From an uncultured delta proteobacterium (GTDB lineage: Bacteria; Desulfobacterota; Binatia; UBA9968), in contig CAWJBB010000036.1 in the NCBI GenBank assembly GCA_963840855.1, forward strand, positions 1 through 44,374: a stretch of DNA of 44,374 bases, read 5' to 3'. Below are positions 1 to 9,422 of the stretch, piece by piece (positions within the stretch are counted from its first letter, which is position 1; the number at the start of each line of letters is the position of its first letter). Made by a program: the position numbers and the translations under genes. Under the pieces are notes generated by a model. That model made no database searches. It was given only the letters and a program-made list of their open reading frames with translations, and was not told the DNA's origin.

Positions 1-105
1 TGTTCCGGAGGTTCGCTGCGCCAACGATTCCAAAGGCCGCGCTACGCCAGGTGCAGCGTGTCGGCGCAGCGCGTGCGTTGCCGGGCGCTGACATCGCCTC
101 TCGTT

Positions 106-1149
106 TTAGTAGCCATAGCGTTCTGCGATGGCATGAGCCCGCTGATACTCCGGTTCCAGTTCCTTTTGGCCTCTGAGCTCCTTATAGGCCTCCGCGACCA
201 GATCCTGAGCGCACACATTCGCGATGGCAGGCACGTCGTACTCCAGGCCGCCGATCAGTTTTTCGTCCCGCAGCATGTCCTCGAATCCGCTTGCCAGTCC
301 GTCGAGCGGAAACGGCTGCGACTCTAAGAACGGTATCGTATAGCGGCGCGGGTTGTGGATCCGTTCTTCAGGGTCCGCGGTTCCCAACCGAAGCCGCTTG
401 TCGAGATTATAGAGAAACTCGAAATTCTTCGGCATATCGCGCACGAACCAATAGGAGCGAATCAGGCCTTTGAGAAAGTTCTTGACCAAATCCGGGCGCT
501 CCTCGAGTATACGCCCCGTAGCCGCGATTATCCGCTGCGGGAAACCATTCGGGTACTGATCCCTCGGTACGACGAGGACATTGCAGCCCTCCTTCTTCAG
601 AGATTCCGACGTCCGTACGGATACCGGGGCGCATTCTACCTTGCCGTTCTTGAGGGCCTCCTCGTGGAGATGTTCCGAGACGCCGATTCTCACGAACTCT
701 ACATCCCGCTCGATATCCAGTCCGGCCTTGCCCAACTGGATCTGTATTCCCCAGTGGCGCAGGCTATTGAAATCGCTGATGCCGACGCGCTTGCCCTTGA
801 GATCCTTAAGCGACTTGATATGCGGCGGGCCGACCCAGGCGACGGTGTGCTGGTTTCGCCATCCTGCGATGATGTAAACATCCGCGCCCCGCGATCGTTG
901 AAAAAATACCGTGCGCGACTGGACATCCAAGGCAATGTCGATGGACTTCTCTTTCATCGCTTGGGAGATGCCCAATTTCTCCAGTCCAAACGGCACCATC
1001 GCGTCGCGCAGGACCTGATACCCAAGCGACCCATCGGCGGTCTTGAGACCGGCGTCGTAGAAAAAATTCATCTCGTGGGCCGCCATCACCGGCAGCAGAT
1101 GAAGCACATGATAACAGGTCGGAGCAATTCTCAATTTTCCGTCTAGCAT
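106..1149 (-). CDS. ABC transporter substrate-binding protein-like (NitT/TauT, SsuA/THI5 family), no obvious signal peptide
   Basis: IKSLKDLKGKRVGIS motif and PDLVKNFLKGLIRS helix typical of NMT1/SsuA family. Start moved to ATG 1149, preceded by GAGGAG RBS. Confidence 0.8.
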   Translation of the reverse strand: MLDGKLRIAPTCYHVLHLLPVMAAHEMNFFYDAGLKTADGSLGYQVLRDAMVPFGLEKLGISQAMKEKSIDIALDVQSRTVFFQRSRGADVYIIAGWRNQHTVAWVGPPHIKSLKDLKGKRVGISDFNSLRHWGIQIQLGKAGLDIERDVEFVRIGVSEHLHEEALKNGKVECAPVSVRTSESLKKEGCNVLVVPRDQYPNGFPQRIIAATGRILEERPDLVKNFLKGLIRSYWFVRDMPKNFEFLYNLDKRLRLGTADPEERIHNPRRYTIPFLESQPFPLDGLASGFEDMLRDEKLIGGLEYDVPAIANVCAQDLVAEAYKELRGQKELEPEYQRAHAIAERYGY

Positions 1150-1304
1150 AAGTTCTCCTCTACGAAAAAATTTTTGAGCTTTATCATCAAAACATTTGCC
1201 CACTCCAACTTTGGCAAAATCCGCGCGCGCAATCACCCGGCTACGCGACGATCGGCTCGGTTACCGGCAGATGACTGGCGATCTCGCGGCGTATGACCCA
1301 ATCT

Positions 1305-2300
1305 CTAACGTTGGATCGTTGTAAAGAAACCCTCTTTTTCAATTTCTTTCAGCAACGCAGTATCGGTAAACTCCCGGTCATTTAGCTTGAGCTCCGGGTT
1401 CGCGGCGTTTATATCTTCAATCGCTTGTTTGATTGATTCTTCGGAAGGATAGGGTTTACTGGGATAATCCAAAGCATTGTTTTTGTGCATAACCTCCACA
1501 AGTCTCGTATCTTCGATCTTCAAATACTTTCGCAACACCGCGCCGAAAACCGCTTGATTTCTCTTTGCCACCCACATCCCTTCTATCATGGCCTTCAAGA
1601 ACGCCTTCAGTTTCGCCGGATTCTCTTTCAAGAATTGCCGTTTCGTTGCAATATCACCGCTCGTCACGTAAACGCCATTTTCCACGGCATCGGCCAAGAC
1701 GCTCAGCTTCTGGCCTTTCAATTCATAAAGCGCCACGGTATCGGAGCTGCCGAGCGTAGCGTGAATCCTTCCCTCGAGTACCAGCAACACTTTCTCGATG
1801 GAACTCTGGATTCCCGTCGTAAGAAAAGAAACGTCTTTACCCGGAACTAGCCCAAGCTTCGGCAGCATGCGCCGCAGCGCGAAATAATCGCTGCCGGCCG
1901 GGTTGCTGATGCCGATTGTCTTTCCTTTGAGCTGTTGCAGTGAAGCGATCGAGGAGTGCGCGAGCATCTTGTAGTCGTTATGTCCGGAAGTAGCTATGAT
2001 TACGACGGGAGCGCCTCTCCCTGCCACAGTGACCGCGGCGGCTCCAGTCACGTAAATGACGTCGATATCTCCGCCGACGAGGGTTTGCATCGTCGTGGCG
2101 CTGCCTCGTATAGAGACTAGATTCACATTCAAGCCATATTTTTCAAAAAGTTTATTCTCCTTGGCAATCCATAGGTACGCAGTTCGGGGCGTGGCTGATG
2201 CGTACGCTATGTTTAGACGGCCCAGTTTTACCTCTTCGCTATGCGCGATAGCCGAACACCCCAAAAGAAAAAGGGACAGCAGGAGAATTCTCGGTATCAT
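1305..2300 (-). CDS. ABC transporter substrate-binding protein (NitT/TauT family)
   Basis: Signal peptide MIPRILLLSLFLLGCSAIAHS, FEKYGLNV, LKGKTIGIS, C-terminal LLKEIEKEGFF. Start set at ATG 2300. Confidence 0.85.
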   Translation of the reverse strand: MIPRILLLSLFLLGCSAIAHSEEVKLGRLNIAYASATPRTAYLWIAKENKLFEKYGLNVNLVSIRGSATTMQTLVGGDIDVIYVTGAAAVTVAGRGAPVVIIATSGHNDYKMLAHSSIASLQQLKGKTIGISNPAGSDYFALRRMLPKLGLVPGKDVSFLTTGIQSSIEKVLLVLEGRIHATLGSSDTVALYELKGQKLSVLADAVENGVYVTSGDIATKRQFLKENPAKLKAFLKAMIEGMWVAKRNQAVFGAVLRKYLKIEDTRLVEVMHKNNALDYPSKPYPSEESIKQAIEDINAANPELKLNDREFTDTALLKEIEKEGFFTTIQR

Positions 2301-2354
2301 GTTTTTACGCCGTTGCGAGTGCCTGTTCCAGTCGTTCACAAAGGACGTCACGGT

Positions 2355-3425
2355 TTAAAAGGGTTTTCGCTTGCCGAGCCCTTGCATTAGCCCCGGCTGC
2401 GCGCCCTTATTCAAAGACTCAGCCAGCTCGCGCAAATATTCTTCCTGTTCTATGGCCTCGTATAACGCCATTGAGCCGTCATTCTTGAGCGGTTTGCCAC
2501 CCATGAAGTGAAAAGAGTGACAGTCCCAGTCGTAGAACTCATCGCCGCGCGCACAGATCTCTTTCCACCTGAGGCCCACGGGACTGCGATGCAAACCCGT
2601 GCGCGCTGGAAGCGCCTCTTGTTGTTCCAGGGAAAGATTCAGGTCCGCCTTATAACCCGCTTCTTCGGGAATTCCTTCCCACATGCGCCGGTAGTTGGGC
2701 AGGAACTCTTCGGCGCGAACCGTCAGCGCCGTGTGCATGTCCCACCAGGTTCCATGGCCGGAAACGCGTTCGTCGACCCGGTCAACCAGCTTGTAGACGA
2801 GCCGGGCGCCCGCTCTCAGTCGCAGTACGAGGGTTCCCTCGGCAGTCATAGAATTTTGCGCCGGTTGGATGCCGCAATATTTTTCGAAGAAAGCCGCGGT
2901 TTTTCCCAGGTCGCGGGCGCCGTAAACCGCGTGACTGATACGGCCGACTTTTTCGGAGGTCGAGATCTCCATGGCGCCTTCGGGCATATGCACGGGCGCC
3001 CAGAACTCATACTGGTTGCCGTCCGGATCGGCTAGATAGATGACGGTGCCTTCGTCACCGTCGGCGGCTGTCTTTACCGGGTCGGTGTGCGGAATTTTGT
3101 GTTGATCGAGCCTGCGCAGGTGCGCGTCTATGTCTTGCGGGCGGATATAAAAACCGCAGCGCGGCAGATCCTCGCCCAGAGCTTTTGCCGGCGGGTAGAT
3201 CTCAGGCTGAAGGAACGCGCCGATGCGGCATGATCCACCCTCCCACCACAAAAAACAGGTTATCTTAATATTCCTTTTCCGCGCCGCAGTTGTGAGTCCG
3301 ATGAGCGGTCTTCGAGTAATGCCTGTGGCATTAACCGCCCAGTCGGCCCAGGCGCCCATATCGTTGGTTCCGACCACGAAGTGATCGATCCAATGAACTG
3401 CCCCACGAGGTTCAACGTCTGACAT
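2355..3425 (-). CDS. Two-domain VOC (glyoxalase/bleomycin resistance/extradiol dioxygenase) family protein
   Basis: IDHFVV, YLADPDGNQYEF and RISHAVYGARDL motifs of repeated VOC modules. GGGGG-type RBS upstream. Confidence 0.75.
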   Translation of the reverse strand: MSDVEPRGAVHWIDHFVVGTNDMGAWADWAVNATGITRRPLIGLTTAARKRNIKITCFLWWEGGSCRIGAFLQPEIYPPAKALGEDLPRCGFYIRPQDIDAHLRRLDQHKIPHTDPVKTAADGDEGTVIYLADPDGNQYEFWAPVHMPEGAMEISTSEKVGRISHAVYGARDLGKTAAFFEKYCGIQPAQNSMTAEGTLVLRLRAGARLVYKLVDRVDERVSGHGTWWDMHTALTVRAEEFLPNYRRMWEGIPEEAGYKADLNLSLEQQEALPARTGLHRSPVGLRWKEICARGDEFYDWDCHSFHFMGGKPLKNDGSMALYEAIEQEEYLRELAESLNKGAQPGLMQGLGKRKPF

Positions 3426-3442
3426 AAATAATTCCCCCTAAC

Positions 3443-3490
3443 TTCCAAGCGTTCAATTCGTTCAAAACGTTCAAACGGTTTAAGCCGTTT
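3443..3490. repeat. Degenerate 9-bp tandem repeat (TTCAA-N4 units)
   Basis: ttccaagcg ttcaattcg ttcaaaacg ttcaaacgg tttaagccg read directly from the sequence. Confidence 0.8.
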
Positions 3491-3511
3491 GGCCGAACAG
3501 ATCGCATGTCA

Positions 3512-3650
3512 CTAGTGAACTGTAGCGGCTGGTTCGCGTCTAAGTTCGAAGAACCCTTCGACAAGCTCAGGGTGAACGGTAAGGCACAAGCCGTTCGTGG
3601 TGGCTCTCGAACCATGAACGGCAAACCCTATGCAGCGTTACTGCCACTAG
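3512..3650. mobile_element. MITE/REP-like element, copy 1 (CTAG ends, imperfect terminal inverted repeats)
   Basis: Begins CTAGTGAACTGTAGCG and ends CGTTACTGCCACTAG. Core AAGTTCGAAGAACCCTTCGACAAGCTCAGGGTGAACGGT is shared with 38279-38413. Confidence 0.7.
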
Positions 3651-3814
3651 TACGTGATAGTCGTCCCAACATTAGTCCAGCTGCAAGTTAGCTTCAAGTT
3701 GCAATGACAACCGGTTATCAAATATTCTCTAGTCCCTAATCCAATGCCGTGTTCTTATGGGCAAGTTTCAAGACAACTTTCATTTATCAATGAGCAGTAC
3801 CGTTTGGAGGTGCG

Positions 3815-5177
3815 ATGCAGAACTTAGACTCGGTGGTGAGTGATATCATTGTCATCGGTGCCGGGGGGTGCGGCCTCATGGCCGCTCTGGTGGCTGCCAA
3901 GAAGGGGGCACGCGTCCTGCTCCTTGAAAAGACGGACAAGCCGGGAGGTGGCACGGCTTTCTCTTCCAGGGGCATCCGCGCTGCTGGAAGTCGATGCCAG
4001 CGCGAGGCGAGAAATCGAGGACAGTCCGGAGCTGTATGCCGAGGATATCCTGCGTAGGAACAATAATGAGAGCGATGTCGCCCTCACCAGGCGTTTGACG
4101 GAAATGTCCGGGCGAGTGGCTGATTTCTTGGCCGATGCGGCTGGCATCGAATTCCAACTCGGCGAGTTTGCCTTTGGCCACAGCGCCCAGCGGTCTCACT
4201 CATGGAAGGCGGAAAAAAACATAACGGACTTCCTCTTCGAGGCAGTTGAACGCGAAAGGAACATCCAGGTGTGCTTCTCGACGCCGGTGCTGTCTCTCAG
4301 TCAGGAGGCGAGCGGGGCAGTGACAGGCGTGGTGACGGACGAAAAGGTCCTCACGGGTCGTAAGGTCATCCTGGCCTCCGGCGGATTCGGGGCAAGCCGG
4401 GAGCTGTTGTCGCAGTATATACCCAAAGCTGTAGACATCCCCTTTCCAGGTCACTTTGGCAGCACCGGGGATGGAATCAAAATGGGTTTGGCGGCGGGAG
4501 CAGCGACGGAGAACATGGGTGCCTTCCAACCATACCCCGCCTACATTGGTCCGGGAAAGCGCGCGGTATCTCCCGAGGTTGCTTTATCCGGCGGCATCAT
4601 GGTCGACCTTGGCGGAAAGCGCTTCGTTGACGAGACTAAATATCCGGGCGGCCTTGGTACAAAGATGCTCGACCTTCCGGGCAAGCAGGCGTACGAAATT
4701 TTCGACGAGCGTATCTACCAACTGCACTCAAACATCTCGGGACTAAGAAATCTGGCAAGCTTGTTCGACTCGGGGATTTTGAAAAAGGCGCAGACCGCGG
4801 AGGAGCTCGCAGGCAGATTGGGAATCGATGCCGGCGGCCTGAAGCAGACCATCCAAGACTACAACAGCGCGGCGAGCGGCGGCAAAGACGCTTTTGGGCG
4901 CACACTGCCGGTACCTTTCAGTTCCCCATTTTACGGAATCAAGGTCACAGTCGCGCTGTACCACACTCAAGGTGGGCTCAAAGTAAGCCCGGACGGCCAA
5001 GTCCTTCGCCCCGATGGCTCCATCATCCCCAATCTGTACGCCGGTGGTGGCGCCGCTGTCGGTGTATCCGGCAAGGGTTTGGAAGGCTACCTACCCGGCA
5101 ACGGGTTACTGGCTTCTCTCGGTCTGGGCATGAGAGCGGGGGAGCACGCAGCCGAGTCGCTGAAGGTGGCGGCCTAG
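3815..5177 (+). CDS. FAD-dependent oxidoreductase (flavocytochrome c/fumarate-reductase-flavoprotein-like), one frameshift near 4010
   Basis: DIIVIGAGGCG...LLEK dinucleotide fold in frame 3815. VILASGGF, STGDG, YHTQGG and IPNLYAGG in frame 3840. GGAGG RBS. Confidence 0.85.
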
Positions 5178-5230
5178 TCTGGCTTTCGGGGCTAACCGTT
5201 CTGCCGTGGCATTCACGGTCGACGTTCGAA

Positions 5231-6412
5231 TTAAATTTTTTGGCGGTCTCGCTGGATAACATCCAGATACTTTAGACCGCTCGCGGTGTTGAACATCAGA
5301 ACCTCGTCATCCGGTTTGATCCATCCATTATCAACCAGACGGCGCAGCGCTGCGACGCAAGCCGCGCCTTCGGGGCAGAAAAAAATACCCTCTGCTTTTC
5401 CCACTCGGGAAATTTCCACAAGCATCTCATCATCGCTGACGCTCAATGCCGTGCCGTGGCTATCGCGGATGGTCTGCAACATTAAGAAATCACCGACCGC
5501 CTGGGGCACGCGCAAACCGGAGGCGACGGTGTGCGCGTTTTGCCAGGGCTCCGCTGTCGCCTTGTTTTCGTCGAACGCTTTGACGATGGGCGCGCAGCCG
5601 CTGGCTTGAACCGATACCATGCGCGGTCGCGCGCCGTCGATCCAGCCCAGTTCTTCGAGCTCTCCGAATGCCTTCCACATGCCGATGAGACCCGTGCCGC
5701 CGCCGGTGGGATAGATGATGACATCCGGGAGGCGCCAATTGAGTTGTTCGGCGATCTCGTATCCCATGGTTTTCTTGCCTTCGATCCGATAGGGCTCTTT
5801 CAGCGTTGAGACATCAAACCAGCCTTCAGTGACTTTCTTCTCGGCGATAATCCGGCCGCAATCATTAATCAGGCCATCTACCAACGTCAGCCTGGCGCCG
5901 TACTGCGCTACTTCGATTTGATTGGCCATCGGAGTATCGCGCGGCATGAACACATGGGCTTCTATGCCCGCGCGCGCCGCATAAGCCGCAAAAGAGCCGC
6001 CGGCGTTTCCGGCGGATGGAATGGCGGCTTTTTTTACGCCTAGCTCTTTCGCCCGGGAGATCGCCAGCGAAAGACCCCTATCCTTAAACGAGCCGGTCGG
6101 GTTTTGCGCTTCGTCTTTGATCCAAAGCCGCCGTAAACCAAGCTCACCGCCGAGTGTCTTAGCGTCCAAAATCGGCGTATAGCCTTCTCCCAAGGAAATA
6201 AGATTGGCGTCATTCTGCAGCGGTAAAAGCTCGCGGTAGCGCCAGAGCGAAGCGACTCGAGCTTCGAGGGAAGATCTGACGAATGCGGTTTTCGCTTTCT
6301 CGAGATCGTAGCGGACCATTAGAGGCGAGCCGCAAGGGCAGAGGTTCAGCAACTCTGATAGCCCGAAGCGCTTCAGGCAGCGCGGGCAAACGATTTCCTG
6401 TGCAAACGACAT
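5231..6412 (-). CDS. thrC: Threonine synthase (PLP-dependent)
   Basis: SLGEGYTP, NPTGSFKDRG (PLP lysine), PSAGNAG, PYRIEGKKT, PTGGGTG. Confidence 0.85.
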   Translation of the reverse strand: MSFAQEIVCPRCLKRFGLSELLNLCPCGSPLMVRYDLEKAKTAFVRSSLEARVASLWRYRELLPLQNDANLISLGEGYTPILDAKTLGGELGLRRLWIKDEAQNPTGSFKDRGLSLAISRAKELGVKKAAIPSAGNAGGSFAAYAARAGIEAHVFMPRDTPMANQIEVAQYGARLTLVDGLINDCGRIIAEKKVTEGWFDVSTLKEPYRIEGKKTMGYEIAEQLNWRLPDVIIYPTGGGTGLIGMWKAFGELEELGWIDGARPRMVSVQASGCAPIVKAFDENKATAEPWQNAHTVASGLRVPQAVGDFLMLQTIRDSHGTALSVSDDEMLVEISRVGKAEGIFFCPEGAACVAALRRLVDNGWIKPDDEVLMFNTASGLKYLDVIQRDRQKI

Positions 6413-6432
6413 GCGGGCTCTTTGGCAAGAAA

Positions 6433-7425
6433 CTATCTCAACGTCTGGATGACTTTGCGAACAACAGTAAAGTCGAATACCTGCTCCGGAAGCACCGGTT
6501 GCTTGGGTTTGATTCGAGCCGACGCGTCCGCGATCATTTGGCGCTGAACGTCTTCGCTCACCGAGCCATTTTCCAAAAGCGCCGGCCCGGCGATGTCATA
6601 CACGCGGGCGGCGATTTTTTCCGGGTCCTTGCCGATGTCCAACCACGGTCCCTTGATGAATTCAATGCCATACTTCCGATCGGATTTGATCAGGCGGATC
6701 GCCTTCATCATCGCGCGCACAACCTTGGTCACCAATTCGGGCTGCTCGGTCAGCAGAGCTTTGGTCGTCGCGAGACCCCCCTGCACCGATCGATAGACAT
6801 CGGCAGCGGACACCAGCTTGCGAAACCCTTCATCTTGCGCGGTGAAGGTCAAAGGCATCTGGAGCGGGGCGGCGTCAATGACTTTGGCTTTTAAGGATAG
6901 ATAGGTCATATGGCTTGGGCCCGTTGCAAGAATAACAGCTTCTTCGGGACGGACATTGTGCGCTTGGAGTATCCGGCGCGCGAGAATTTCCGCCAAAGAG
7001 CCGACACCGCCAGTGCCGATTTTTTTTCCGCGCAACTGTTGAACGCTGGTAATGTTCGGCTGGACTATAAGGTCGAATGACGGCTGGTCAGTGACGGCTA
7101 AAATGACCCTGATGTCGGCGCCGCTAACGGCGGAACTAACGGCCGATCCGGTTGCGGATGCGAATTGCGTGCTGTTCCCCATCGTCGCCTGAATCGTTTG
7201 GATCGCCTGCATCACGATGAGCTCGACTTCCAAACCTTCCTCGCGAAAAAAGCCCCGTTCCTTGGCGACAAAAAAGGGCATGGAAGTCGTGCTCCTGGCT
7301 GCTAACCCCATGCGTACGCGGGTAAGGTTCGCGGCGCCGTCCGCGGAAAGAGCGGTTCCGGCCGCACCAAACAAGAAAGTGACGACCGCTCCGAAAACCA
7401 TTAAATTTTGTTTGGTTCTAGTCAC
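6433..7425 (-). CDS. ABC transporter substrate-binding protein (NitT/TauT family)
   Basis: Signal peptide, VAKERGFFREEGLEVEL, LRGKKIG. AGGAGG RBS before GTG start. Confidence 0.85.
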   Translation of the reverse strand: MTRTKQNLMVFGAVVTFLFGAAGTALSADGAANLTRVRMGLAARSTTSMPFFVAKERGFFREEGLEVELIVMQAIQTIQATMGNSTQFASATGSAVSSAVSGADIRVILAVTDQPSFDLIVQPNITSVQQLRGKKIGTGGVGSLAEILARRILQAHNVRPEEAVILATGPSHMTYLSLKAKVIDAAPLQMPLTFTAQDEGFRKLVSAADVYRSVQGGLATTKALLTEQPELVTKVVRAMMKAIRLIKSDRKYGIEFIKGPWLDIGKDPEKIAARVYDIAGPALLENGSVSEDVQRQMIADASARIKPKQPVLPEQVFDFTVVRKVIQTLR

Positions 7426-7654
7426 CGCGTCCTCCTTGCGATTTCATCGACTTATCGGCATGACGTGCACGTCCTCATTTCTACGTTCAAATTACGCCGG
7501 TTTTCCCGGGTCCTAAGTCAAGTGCCGCCGAATCGTTACTGGGCTCCGCTCAACTAGTGAGATCGTCTTTGACAAAGTTACAATAGAGTTTCGTCGAGGG
7601 GAAGAATACTGGAGGAACGGGAGCGCGGTAACATTGGCGTTCGGAATGCTCCGG

Positions 7655-7726
7655 TCCCTTCTTGCCGTAGAGGGAATCGATGAAGCCTTACTTTTCGAGC
7701 GCGCGGACGATCCGGTCGTCGATGAC
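7655..7726 (-). pseudogene. C-terminal remnant of a NitT/TauT-type binding-protein gene
   Basis: Minus strand reads VIDDRIVRALEK*GFIDSLYGKKG, resembling the family C-terminus (compare FTDTALLKEIEKEGFF in 1305-2300), with an internal TAA. Confidence 0.5.
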
Positions 7727-8343
7727 TATCCCGCAGTATCTTGCGCAGCCGGTTCCTTCATCACATGCTCGATCAGCCGTTGCAGTTCGTCATAGGGCTG
7801 TGCGCCGACCATCAGATACTTACCGGCGAGAAACGTCGGCACGGCGTTCACGCCGTAGGCGGCGCAGCGGCGCCAGTCATCGTCAACAGCGTCTTTGAAT
7901 TTGCGGCTGAGCAGCGCGTCGGTGGCTTCGTCCACGGGCAAATCGTTCTCCTCGGCGATCTTGGCGAGGACGTCCGCTTTGCCGATATTCCTGACGTCGA
8001 CGAAGTAGGCGCGGAAAAGCGCGTTGACCACTTCCTCCGCCTTGCCTTTGGTTTCCGCCCATTTCGCCAGCTCCTGGGCCAGCCTGCTGTTGTAGGACAT
8101 GTTGCGTTCGGCGTTGAACGGCAGGCCTTCGCGTTCCATATTCACTTTCATGCGTTGGTTGCGCGCGATGATCTCCGGCCCTCTGACGCTGCCTTCTTCC
8201 GGCGTCTCCGGATGCAGGGGGAATTGAGTGAACTTGATCTCCAGTCCGTAGTTCTTCTTAAGTTTCTCGACACGCCCGGTGACGAGGTAGCACCAGGGTC
8301 AAACGAAATCGGAAAAGACTTCGAGTACGAGTGGTTCGGACAT
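7726..8343 (-). CDS. DsbA/FrnE-like thiol-disulfide oxidoreductase, probable selenoprotein (UPWC motif)
   Basis: GGAGG RBS, then ATG 8343: MSEPLVLEVFSDFV-TGA-PWCYL...FPLHPETP, in frame with the 141-aa ORF (GVNAVPTF, VGAQPY). TGA at 8301-8299 replaces the first Cys of the family motif SDxxCPWC. Confidence 0.85.
8266..8301 (-). promoter_or_regulatory. Candidate bacterial SECIS hairpin following the in-frame UGA
   Basis: UGA + 12 nt, then CUCG-U-CAC [loop CGGGC] GUG-U-CGAG stem-loop with G-rich apical loop. Confidence 0.6.
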
Positions 8344-8365
8344 TTGATTGCCTCCATTTCTATCG

Positions 8366-8452
8366 GTTCCAGTTCAAAGGTTCAAGTCGTTCAAAGTTCA
8401 AGTCCTTCAGACGGTTCAAGTCGTTCAAAACGTTCACGTCGCTCAAATCGTT
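8366..8452. repeat. Degenerate GTTCAA tandem repeat (7-9 bp units)
   Basis: gttcaaag gttcaagtc gttcaaa gttcaagtc cttcagacg gttcaagtc gttcaaaac gttcacgtc gctcaaatc. Confidence 0.8.
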
Positions 8453-8627
8453 GGTGCGTTGTTCCGAGGTAGGGGCGCAGCATGGCTGCGCCCAATTCGG
8501 TTCAAGTTCAACGATTGATTCTAGGGCTGTTGGTGGCGGGAAGTCAAAGGGATTCTGGAAATTCGGTGCGGCGTGAAGGTACGCCTGATATTGACATTGC
8601 GCTAAGCGCTCGGTTAGTTTCAAGCCA

Positions 8628-9422
8628 ATGGCTTTTATAAAAATCGGTGATTGTGTTCACCATTACGTTGTGGAAGGTCAAGCGGACAAGCCGGCGCTGC
8701 TGTTTTCGAATTCGCTCGGCAGCGATCTGCGCATTTGGGATCCGATGGTGCCTCAACTCGTGAGTGACTTTAGACTCATCCGATACGACACGAGAGGGCA
8801 TGGACTGAGCGAAGCGCCGCCGCCACCTTATAGCGCCGGCGAACTTGCAGGGGACGTCGTTGGTCTGCTGGACGCGCTTGAGATCAAGGAAGCCATCGTG
8901 TGTGGATTGTCAGTCGGCGGGGTGATCGCACAGCAGTTGGCAATCCAATATCCCGATCGTGTGCGCGCGCTGGTTCTCTGCGATACCGGCGTCCGGATCG
9001 GCACGGTGGCGAGTTGGGAAGAGCGCATCGAGACGGTCAGGGCCAAGGGGATTGGGGCATTGGCGGCGCCGTCTATGGAGCGCTGGTTCTCCGAAGACTT
9101 CCGCCGGCGCCATAGCGCAGAGGTGCGCGGCTATGCAAACATGGTTGTTCGCACAGCGGCAGATGGCTATGTCGGAACCTGTTGCGCGCTGCGCGATACC
9201 GATTTGACCCATGCGGCGGCGTCAATTGACAAGCCAACGCTCGTGTTATGCGGCGAACAGGACATTGCGACACCGCCGGAGATGGCGCGCCAGCTCGCGA
9301 ATATCGTTCCTAACGCCCGCCTATCGCTCATTCCCCAGGCGGCTCATATCAGTTGCGTGGAGCAGCCGGCGGTCATGGCAACCCGGATCATGCAATTCTT
9401 GCAGGAGGTGCAAATTGTCTGA
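8628..9422 (+). CDS. pcaD: 3-oxoadipate enol-lactonase
   Basis: LFSNSLGSDL, RYDTRGHG, GLSVGG nucleophile elbow, AAHIS. Leads the pca cluster. Confidence 0.9.
   Translation: MAFIKIGDCVHHYVVEGQADKPALLFSNSLGSDLRIWDPMVPQLVSDFRLIRYDTRGHGLSEAPPPPYSAGELAGDVVGLLDALEIKEAIVCGLSVGGVIAQQLAIQYPDRVRALVLCDTGVRIGTVASWEERIETVRAKGIGALAAPSMERWFSEDFRRRHSAEVRGYANMVVRTAADGYVGTCCALRDTDLTHAAASIDKPTLVLCGEQDIATPPEMARQLANIVPNARLSLIPQAAHISCVEQPAVMATRIMQFLQEVQIV

Noticed and set aside
1-94. Possible gene start (ATG 94, GAGAGG RBS) running off the left edge on the minus strand
   Set aside because: Only 31 codons are visible with no recognisable motif, so it cannot be supported.
355-1146. Long antisense or alternative-frame ORFs (e.g. 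355-1146, 7741-8472, 11226-12236, 17119-17898, 29046-29891)
   Set aside because: They shadow well-supported genes on the opposite strand in GC-rich DNA and show no family motifs.
8366-8452. Tandem GTTCAA arrays as a CRISPR array
   Set aside because: Units are only 7-9 bp with no 25-45 bp unique spacers, and there are no cas genes in the window.
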